Shown: positions 55,588-64,000 of the stretch, in pieces
How positions within the stretch are numbered: the first letter of the stretch is position 1
Layout: each line of letters begins with the position of its first letter
Assembly (NCBI GenBank): GCA_041650935.1
Contig: JBAZKH010000002.1
Coordinates: 64,372 to 128,371, forward strand
DNA: 64,000 bases
Direction: 5' to 3'
Source of the DNA: Candidatus Omnitrophota bacterium
Lineage (GTDB): Bacteria; Omnitrophota; Gorgyraeia; 2-01-FULL-45-10
Program-made: the position numbers and the translations under genes
Notes under the pieces: generated by a model
Seen by the model: the letters and a program-made list of their open reading frames with translations, nothing else
Database searches by the model: none
What the model was told of the DNA's origin: nothing

Positions 55588-57036
55588 GTGATATTTAAAA
55601 ATAACGTTCTGATAATCGGATACGGATCCGTAGCTCGCTGCGTTTTACCGATCCTCCTCAAGCATATCTCCATACCGTACAAAAACATCACAATAATCGA
55701 CTTCGTAGACAAGAGAAAAGAGCTTTTGCCCTGGATAAAACGCGGAATAAAATTCTGCCAGGGAAAGATCACCCCGCTCAACATTTCCCAGGTCCTATCG
55801 GAACATGTTTCTCCCGGCGGTATTATAATCGATTTATCGTGGAATATAGACTGCATCGAAATGCTCAACTGGTGCCATGATAATAATGTTTTGTATATAA
55901 ATACGTCGGTTGAGCAGTGGGACCCTTACGCCGATATCCACAATAAGACGCCGTTCCAAAAATCCCTGTATTACCGCCAGAAGGAGATAAAGAAGGCGTC
56001 GTCCCGGTGGCGGGCGCCTGCGGCGACGGCGATCCTGGACCACGGCGCCAACCCGGGGCTCATATCTCATTTCACAAAGAAAGGACTCGCCGATATCGCT
56101 CAAAGATCGCTGGAAGATAATAATCTTTCGCCGAAGGCAAAGCGCAGGATCAAAGAGTGCCTTAAAGCAAAGATATTCGCTCATCTAGCTAAGGAGCTGA
56201 ACGTCAAGGTCATCCATATAAGCGAGCACGATACGCAGATCACGGACAGGCCTAAAAGGTATAATGAATTTGTGGGCACATGGTCGATCGAGGGCCTGCG
56301 GGAGGAGGGGATAGCTCCCGCAGAGATGGGGTGGGGCACCCACGAGACGGATATACCGCTATTTTCGACGTTCCCTCCCGCGAACAGCAAGAACCAGATA
56401 TTCCTTTCCCAGATGGGAATGAATACCTGGGTCCGCTCCTGGGTTCCCAGCGAGGAGATAATCGGCATGGTCATACGCCATGCCGAGGCGATAAGCATCT
56501 CCGACCATCTTACCGTCAAAGAAAAAGGCAAGATAATATATTGTCCGACGGTACATTATGCCTATATGCCGTGCAATGAGACTATAACATCTCTTCATGA
56601 GCTCAGGTGCAGGAATTACGACCTTCAAAAGCGGCTGAGGATCATGAACAATGAGATCACGGAAGGCGATGATATATTGGGGGCGCTCATCATGGGGCAT
56701 AAATATAATTCCTGGTGGACGGGGAGCGTACTCAACATCCATGAATCGCGCAGGCTCGTGCCTCATCAGAACGCGACGACGGTGCAGGTGGCCATCGGGG
56801 CGGTATCGGCCGTCATGTGGATGCTGGAGAATCCGCGGAAAGGTATCTGCGTGCCGGACGATCTCCCGTACGAATATATACTCGACATCGCGCATCCGTA
56901 CCTGGGGAAGCTGGTATCGATCGCTTCTGACTGGACACCGCTGAAGAATTACCAGATCTTCTTTAAAGAAAACCCCAACCTGTGCCTGGACAGGAAGAAC
57001 GCGTGGTCCTTTAAGAATTTCTTATTCTGTGATTAA
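55588..57036 (+). CDS. hss: Homospermidine synthase-like protein (saccharopine dehydrogenase superfamily)
   Basis: 482 aa. N-terminal Rossmann IIGYGSVARCVLP. Segments GANPGLISHF, GTWSIEGL, AEMGWGTHE, VHYAYMPCNE and HQNATTVQV match my recollection of bacterial homospermidine synthase. Confidence 0.6.
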   Translation: MIFKNNVLIIGYGSVARCVLPILLKHISIPYKNITIIDFVDKRKELLPWIKRGIKFCQGKITPLNISQVLSEHVSPGGIIIDLSWNIDCIEMLNWCHDNNVLYINTSVEQWDPYADIHNKTPFQKSLYYRQKEIKKASSRWRAPAATAILDHGANPGLISHFTKKGLADIAQRSLEDNNLSPKAKRRIKECLKAKIFAHLAKELNVKVIHISEHDTQITDRPKRYNEFVGTWSIEGLREEGIAPAEMGWGTHETDIPLFSTFPPANSKNQIFLSQMGMNTWVRSWVPSEEIIGMVIRHAEAISISDHLTVKEKGKIIYCPTVHYAYMPCNETITSLHELRCRNYDLQKRLRIMNNEITEGDDILGALIMGHKYNSWWTGSVLNIHESRRLVPHQNATTVQVAIGAVSAVMWMLENPRKGICVPDDLPYEYILDIAHPYLGKLVSIASDWTPLKNYQIFFKENPNLCLDRKNAWSFKNFLFCD

Positions 57037-57101
57037 AAAATTAACTTGATAATTAGGCGCCCTGTGCTACAATCACTATAAATGTAATACGGGGACGCAA
57101 A

Positions 57102-57518
57102 ATGGCTGGATTATTCAGGTTTGGTATCTCTTTATCGAAAGATTTGCTCGATAAGTTCGACAGGCTCATAGAAGGGAAGAGTTATTCCAGCCGCTCCGAA
57201 GCATTGCGCGACCTGATAAGGCAGGAATTGGTAAAGAAAGAGTGGGAGCGGGGCAGCGAGGTGGCCGGCGCCGTTACGCTTGTCTATAACCACCATAAAA
57301 GAGAGCTCGTAAATAAGCTTACCGATATCCAGCACGATCACCAGAAAGTAATTATTTCTACCCAGCATATACATCTCGATCACGATAATTGCCTGGAAAT
57401 AGTCGCTGTAAAAGGCCATCCGCGCGAGGTCCAGAAACTGGCAGATACGCTTAAGGCTGTAAACGGCGTCAAGCACGGCGCATTGAACATGACGAGCACC
57501 GGCAAGGATATCGATTAG
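57102..57518 (+). CDS. nikR: Nickel-responsive transcriptional regulator NikR
   Basis: 138 aa. N-terminal ribbon-helix-helix (SRSEALRDLIR). C-terminal metal-binding domain with HHKRELVNKL...STQHIHLDHDNCLEIVAVKG, closely matching the E. coli NikR pattern. Confidence 0.85.
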   Translation: MAGLFRFGISLSKDLLDKFDRLIEGKSYSSRSEALRDLIRQELVKKEWERGSEVAGAVTLVYNHHKRELVNKLTDIQHDHQKVIISTQHIHLDHDNCLEIVAVKGHPREVQKLADTLKAVNGVKHGALNMTSTGKDID

Positions 57519-57544
57519 GTAAAAACAGACAAGGTCATAAATTT

Positions 57545-58519
57545 TTGAAGACGCAGACGGTAGTTTTAACCGGCGGAGCCGGATTTATCGGGAGTTGTTT
57601 CCTGTGGAAGCTGAATAAAGAAGGCATCGACAATATAGTAGTGGTCGATAACCTCGGCACGTCCGAAAAATGGCGTAATCTCACGGGCAAGAGATTTTCA
57701 GACTATATCCAGAAGGACGATTTCCTGAAAGTGCTGAGCGCGGACAAGATCAGGAATGTCAGCGCAGTAGTGCACCTGGGAGCCTGCAGTTCAACCACCC
57801 TCACAGACGCCGCGTACTACATCAGAAATAATTACGAATATTCGAAAACTATCGCTGTATGGGCCAGGCGGCACGGCGCCCGCTTCATATACGCTTCTTC
57901 TGCCGCGACATACGGCAGCGGCGCGGAAGGGTATGATGATTCCGAAGCGACGCTGTATAATTTAAAACCATTGAACATGTACGGTTATTCAAAGCATCTT
58001 TTTGACATGTGGGCGCTGAATAACGGCATGCTTAAAGAGACGGCGGGAATAAAATTTTTCAATGTATTCGGCCCTAACGAGTACCATAAGGGCGAGATGA
58101 TGAGCGTTATCTGTAAAAGATTCAAGGATGTGAGAGATAAGGGCGTCATAAGGCTTTTCAAATCGTATAACAGTGATTACAGGGACGGTGAGCAGCAGAG
58201 GGATTTTATTTATGTCAAAGACGCCGTCAAGGTGCTCTATCATTTTTTCACACATCCGCGGCTTAACGGCATATTTAATCTCGGCTCCGGGACCGCGAGA
58301 AGCTGGAACGATCTCGCGCATGCCATGTTTTCGGCGCTGGAGAAGAAGCCGAGGATCGAATATGTAGAGATGCCGGAAGAGATCAAGCCGAAATATCAGT
58401 ATTTCACCGAGGCCAGGATGAATAAATTGCGCAAAGCCGGGTACAGGGCCGGCTTTACCTCGCTGGAAGAGGCCGTGAAAGATTACGCGATATACCTTAA
58501 GGACGGCAGCTGCATGTGA
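57545..58519 (+). CDS. hldD: ADP-L-glycero-D-manno-heptose 6-epimerase
   Basis: 324 aa. TGGAGFIGS...VVDNL NAD-binding N-terminus. YGYSK catalytic motif. Overall HldD/RfaD architecture. Confidence 0.75.
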   Translation: MKTQTVVLTGGAGFIGSCFLWKLNKEGIDNIVVVDNLGTSEKWRNLTGKRFSDYIQKDDFLKVLSADKIRNVSAVVHLGACSSTTLTDAAYYIRNNYEYSKTIAVWARRHGARFIYASSAATYGSGAEGYDDSEATLYNLKPLNMYGYSKHLFDMWALNNGMLKETAGIKFFNVFGPNEYHKGEMMSVICKRFKDVRDKGVIRLFKSYNSDYRDGEQQRDFIYVKDAVKVLYHFFTHPRLNGIFNLGSGTARSWNDLAHAMFSALEKKPRIEYVEMPEEIKPKYQYFTEARMNKLRKAGYRAGFTSLEEAVKDYAIYLKDGSCM

Positions 58520-58884
58520 GGCGGGAGGAGAGAATATCGATGCACGACCTAAGATACGCGAACGAGATCCTGGCAGCCCTGAAAAATAAAAATGTAAGTA
58601 AGGGCAGGGCCAAAGACGTAACCGTTAACGTCAGATTGAGCCCGTTTAGCCACGTGAGGCCGGAAGGGCTGAACGAAACATTCCGGTTATTAGCGGGTAG
58701 CGAGGGTTATGGTAATGTTAAGCTGGATGTTAAGGCGTTAGAGTTCGAGATGCATTGCAGGTCCTGCGGCCGCGAATCCAGGCACGCGAAAGCCGTTTTT
58801 AAATGCCCTTATTGCGATTCCGCCGACTTTGATATACAGAAGAACGAAGAATTTTACATAGATTCGATAGATATAAATAATTAA
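58516..58884 (+). CDS. hypA: HypA-like hydrogenase/urease nickel-incorporation zinc-finger protein. The likely start is the internal MHD at about 58540.
   Basis: MHDLRYANEIL (the MHE-type N-terminus that binds Ni). C-terminal CRSCG...CPYCDS double CxxC zinc motif. Neighbours nikR. Confidence 0.5.
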   Translation: MRREERISMHDLRYANEILAALKNKNVSKGRAKDVTVNVRLSPFSHVRPEGLNETFRLLAGSEGYGNVKLDVKALEFEMHCRSCGRESRHAKAVFKCPYCDSADFDIQKNEEFYIDSIDINN

Positions 58885-58894
58885 CATACACCCG

Positions 58895-59989
58895 ATGGAA
58901 ACAGGCGAAGTAGCGTTGTTACAAAAGACACCTTTATATGAGACCCACACAGCGATGGGCGCCAAGATGGCCCCTTTTGGCGGTTGGCTCATGCCCATAC
59001 AGTACGATGGGATACTTTCCGAGCATGCCCACACGCGCAATGCCGTATCCGTATTCGATATCTGCCACATGGGTGAATTTATGCTGGAGGCCGATCCCGT
59101 CTCAAGCGGCCTCGACCGCATCGTTACTCAGAATATCATTGCAATGCCCGCAGGCGCCTGCCGTTACGGTTTTATGCTTAATGATGATGGCGGGGTTATC
59201 GACGATCTTGTCGTTTACAGGTTCGGGGAAAAATCATGGATGCTTGTCGTCAACGCCGCAACCATCGCTAACGACGAGACGCATTTAAGAAAACATCTCT
59301 CCGGGCAATACAGTTTCGAGAATGCATCTGCCGTAACGGGTAAACTAGATATCCAGGGGCCGAAGTCGCCCGAAACGCTAAAAACAATTTTCGGGGATGG
59401 GATAATGCGCCTGGCTTATTACACCTTCGGCAAATTTAAGTTATGGGGAGACGATGTTATAGTGAGCCGCACCGGATATACCGGAGAGCCCGGATATGAA
59501 GTATATATACCGGCTGCCCGGGCGGTGAAGTTCTGGAAATTTTTGACGGGAAAAGACAGCCGTGTCAAACCCGCGGGACTGGGCGCCCGCGATACCCTGC
59601 GGCTTGAGATGGGGTACCCTCTTTACGGTCAGGACCTCGATCCGGGCCATACGCCTGTTGCGGCCGGGTTCGGGCGGTTCGTCGATTTCGATAAAGATTT
59701 TATAGGAAAGAGCGCCTTGCTTAAAGAGCGTAATCTGGGGGCGAAGGAGCGTCTTATCTGTTTCAAATCCGTGACGCGCCGCTCGCCCCGCCACAGCTTT
59801 GCCATATTTAAAGGCACTGAGCGCGTCGGGACGGTTACGAGCGGTTCTTTTTCCCCGAGCCTCCTGGCGGGTATAGGGATGGGCTACGTTTCCGGCGATC
59901 ATAAGATCGGCGACTCTCTCATCGTCAGGGATTCTAACACGGAAATACCGGTGACCGTTGTCAAAAAACCTTTCTATCATAACAAATAG
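58895..59989 (+). CDS. gcvT: Glycine cleavage system T protein (aminomethyltransferase)
   Basis: 364 aa. TPLYETH...VFDICHMGEF. Followed by gcvH and gcvP. Confidence 0.85.
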   Translation: METGEVALLQKTPLYETHTAMGAKMAPFGGWLMPIQYDGILSEHAHTRNAVSVFDICHMGEFMLEADPVSSGLDRIVTQNIIAMPAGACRYGFMLNDDGGVIDDLVVYRFGEKSWMLVVNAATIANDETHLRKHLSGQYSFENASAVTGKLDIQGPKSPETLKTIFGDGIMRLAYYTFGKFKLWGDDVIVSRTGYTGEPGYEVYIPAARAVKFWKFLTGKDSRVKPAGLGARDTLRLEMGYPLYGQDLDPGHTPVAAGFGRFVDFDKDFIGKSALLKERNLGAKERLICFKSVTRRSPRHSFAIFKGTERVGTVTSGSFSPSLLAGIGMGYVSGDHKIGDSLIVRDSNTEIPVTVVKKPFYHNK

Positions 59990-60000
59990 GAGATATTCCG

Positions 60001-60390
60001 ATGAATGCGCCGAAAAATATTTTATATACCAAAGACCATGAATGGGCCCGTATCGAAGGCAAGAAGGCCTATATCGGTATTACCGATTATGCGCAAGCGG
60101 CGCTGGGAGATATCACATTTGCCGGCCTGCCGAAGAAGGGGGACGTGCTGAAGCAGTCCGACATCTGCGCGACCGTCGAGAGCGTAAAAGCCGCCTCCGA
60201 TGTTTACGCTCCGTTTTCCGGTAAAGTTGTCGCAGTTAACGAAAACCTTGCCGCGCATCCCGAATTAATAAATAAATCTCCATACGAGAGCGGTTACTTT
60301 TTTATTATGGAGATCTCCAATGAACCCGAGAAGGCAAAGCTTATGGATAGCACCGCCTACAGCGCTTACGTGGAGGGGATCTCCAAGTGA
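60001..60390 (+). CDS. gcvH: Glycine cleavage system H protein (lipoyl carrier)
   Basis: 129 aa. YTKDHEW. Lipoyl-lysine motif ESVKAASD. Confidence 0.9.
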   Translation: MNAPKNILYTKDHEWARIEGKKAYIGITDYAQAALGDITFAGLPKKGDVLKQSDICATVESVKAASDVYAPFSGKVVAVNENLAAHPELINKSPYESGYFFIMEISNEPEKAKLMDSTAYSAYVEGISK

Positions 60391-61714
60391 GTTATGTTCC
60401 GCATACCAAAGACGATATTAAGGAGATGCTCAAAACAATAGGGGTTTCGGGCGTCGGGGACCTATTTAAAGATATTCCCGCGAGTCTCCGCCCAAAATCG
60501 TTTAATATTCCGGCGGGTAAATCTGAGTGTGAAGTCACCGGCCATTTAAAAAGACTCTCTTCGAAGAACGCGACGGACCTGATAAATTTCGTCGGAGCGG
60601 GTTTTTACGACCACTTCATCCCTGCCGCGGTCGACGCGATCGTGAACCGCCCGGAATTTTATACGGCATATACCCCGTACCAGCCGGAATGTTCCCAGGG
60701 CTGGCTCCAGGCGATATACGAATACCAGACGGTCATCTGCGAGCTTACCGGCCTCGATGTCTCCAATGCTTCTTTATACGACGGCGGGACCGCCATCTAT
60801 GAGGCGGCGATGATGGCCTTACGGCTTACGAAGCGAAACAAGATCATCATGGATAGCGGCGTTAATTTGATCTACCGCACTATGCTCTATACTTATACGT
60901 CCAACCTTTCGATCGAATTCGTTGAGATACCCGTTGTGCACGGCCAGAGTTCGCGCGAGGAGCTTTTCAAGCACCTCGACGATAAGACGGCGGCGGTGAT
61001 CCTGCAGAACCCGAATTTTTTCGGAGCGGTCGATGATTATAGCGATATAGTCGAGCGTGTCCACAAACACGGGGCGCTTGCCATCGCTTCCGTCTATCCG
61101 GTTTCACTGGGCATGCTGAAATCGCCCGGCGAGATGGGATTCGACATTGCCACGGGCGAAGGGCAGAGTCTCGGCATTCCGCTCTCCTTTGGAGGACCGT
61201 ATCTCGGTTTCATGGCAGCCAAAAAAGAGCTGGTGCGGCAGATGCCCGGCAGGATCGTGGGAGCCACGATCGATAAGGACGGCAGGAGGGGCTTCGTCCT
61301 GACGTTACAAACGCGCGAGCAGCATATAAGGAGAGAAAAGGCTACCTCCAATATATGCTCGAACGAGGCCCTGTGTGCGCTGCGCGCGGTCGTATTCGTT
61401 TCGCTTGTAGGCACCGAGGGTTTAAAAGAGCTCGCCCAGCGTAATTACCAGAAAGCGGAATTTGCCAAGAATGAACTGTCGCGGATCGCCGGAGTTGAGG
61501 TTAAACGCTCCGCGCCTACCTTTAATGAGTTTACGGTGAGCTTGCCGCGGCATGCCAACGAAGTGGTCTACGGCATGATAGATAAAGGTTTTGCCTGCGG
61601 GTTCCCGCTGGGTAGATTTTATAAAGGTATGAATAATTATCTTCTGGTTGCCGTTACCGAAAAAAGGACCAAAGAAGATATCCGGAAACTTGCCGACGGA
61701 CTGGAGGCTGTGCT

Positions 61715-61718
<4 letters not shown>
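60387..61718 (+). CDS. gcvPA: Glycine dehydrogenase (decarboxylating) subunit 1
   Basis: 443 aa. Typical GcvPA N-terminal half. Overlaps the gcvH stop. Confidence 0.9.
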
Positions 61719-63166
<1,448 letters not shown>

Positions 63167-63186
63167 AACAGTCCTAAAAGACGCGT

Positions 63187-63933
63187 ATGAAGACATTCAG
63201 GCTCATCAGGTCCCGTCCGTCGGGCGCATCCTGCAATATGGCATTGGACGAGCGGATATTTTCCCGTTATCTTGACGAAGGCATCCCTGTTTTCCGCGTC
63301 TATGGCTGGAAGAGACCCGCCCTGACCTACGGTATTTCGCAAAAACCGGATGATTCTCTCGACGGGCCGCGCCTTGCGCGGGACGGAATAGAGGTTGTAA
63401 AAAGGATTACCGGCGGTGGTATACTGTTCCACGACAACGAAATAACTTATAGTTTTGTCTGCAGTAAGGCGGATGTGGGTGAACCGGCCGGGACGCTGGT
63501 CTCTTACCGTGAGATATGCGCCTTTCTCATACGATTTTACGATCTCATCGGTCTTAAGGCCTCTTTCGCGCTTGAATCCGGGGATTTTCGAAATAGATGC
63601 GCTCCGCACGAACTCTGCTCGGCCGCTCATGAAAAATATGACATCGTAATTAACGGCAAAAAGATAGGCGGGAACGCCCAGAAGCGGAAACGGCAGGTTG
63701 TATTCCAGCACGGTTCTATACCCATCGGCATCGATTGGAATTTAGCGCGCCGTTATATCAGGACTTTGCCCGAAGACGTATCCGCCGGGGTAACTACGCT
63801 CCGTGAAGAGCTGGGAAGCGTCCCGGAAAAAAGAGTGCTGGAAGAGAAGCTTATCGATGCTTTTAGCGCTGAATTCGGCGTTCGCTTTACCGAGGAGACA
63901 GGAGCCCTGTATGAGACCGGCGTGGCTCGATAA
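63187..63933 (+). CDS. Lipoate-protein ligase / octanoyltransferase family protein (LplA/LipM-like catalytic domain)
   Basis: 248 aa. RITGGGILFHD and KIGGNAQKR motifs of the BPL/LplA/LipB fold. Follows the gcv operon, consistent with GcvH lipoylation. Confidence 0.6.
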   Translation: MKTFRLIRSRPSGASCNMALDERIFSRYLDEGIPVFRVYGWKRPALTYGISQKPDDSLDGPRLARDGIEVVKRITGGGILFHDNEITYSFVCSKADVGEPAGTLVSYREICAFLIRFYDLIGLKASFALESGDFRNRCAPHELCSAAHEKYDIVINGKKIGGNAQKRKRQVVFQHGSIPIGIDWNLARRYIRTLPEDVSAGVTTLREELGSVPEKRVLEEKLIDAFSAEFGVRFTEETGALYETGVAR

Positions 63934-64000
63934 GAAGATAAGTTTGAACGCGTGCTCCGGCATGAAGGAGACACTGCGCAGCCTGCGCGTCGAGACTGTA

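Noticed and set aside
56181-56944. Several ORFs on both strands (116, 99, 178, 97 aa) within the hss-like gene, some Arg/Pro-rich
   Set aside because: Embedded in a 482-aa ORF with a Rossmann N-terminus and conserved homospermidine-synthase-like segments. The skewed composition suggests out-of-frame artefacts.

Overview
The window is a 64-kb bacterial chromosomal segment of moderate GC (roughly 45% by eye). It has a conserved backbone interrupted by two large accessory regions rich in defence genes and mobile-element remnants.

Backbone, left: the 3' end of gltX, then glnS, then tRNA-Gln(CUG), tRNA-Leu(GAG) and tRNA-Glu(CUC).

Backbone, middle: a LOG-family gene and a complete Pho regulon. 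The regulon comprises a phoB-like response regulator, a phoR-like kinase, a second OmpR-type regulator, a porin, pstSCAB, an ArsC/LMW-PTP gene and phoU.

Backbone, right: homospermidine-synthase-like gene, nikR, hldD, hypA-like gene, gcvT-gcvH-gcvPA-gcvPB and an lplA-family gene.

Accessory region 1 (about 3.9-16.1 kb) begins immediately after tRNA-Glu. It carries:
- a frameshifted large serine recombinase with a DUF2924 partner;
- a Type III restriction-modification system (mod-res);
- a Rad50/SMC-like ABC ATPase paired with a membrane-anchored YiiX/YaeF-type (C92) permuted-papain amidase;
- an XRE-Panacea/RelE-like toxin-antitoxin pair.

Accessory region 2 (about 27.5-55.3 kb) carries:
- two diverged copies of a phage packaging module (ParB-nuclease/DNA-methyltransferase fusion, small HTH terminase-like protein, large terminase), one of them next to an intact large serine recombinase with DUF2924;
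- a Type I restriction-modification operon (half-hsdS, hsdM, hsdS, hsdR, DUF45 hydrolase) with a CD-NTase-like nucleotidyltransferase and a multi-TM protein inserted between hsdS and hsdR, which looks like a minimal CBASS;
- a TIR-domain protein, a DUF2188 protein, a secreted NucA-type nuclease and a second C92 amidase;
- an XRE repressor with a palindromic operator;
- a pair of PD-(D/E)xK-type nuclease candidates.

Sequence scars suggest tRNA-targeted integration: a 21-bp direct duplication of the tRNA-Leu 3' end, and a 13-bp copy of the tRNA-Glu 3' end about 51 kb downstream. A roughly 90-bp structured repeat also occurs twice, each time abutting a tRNA CCA end.

No CRISPR array and no rRNA gene were seen. 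All functional calls rest on motif recognition by eye. No database search was run.
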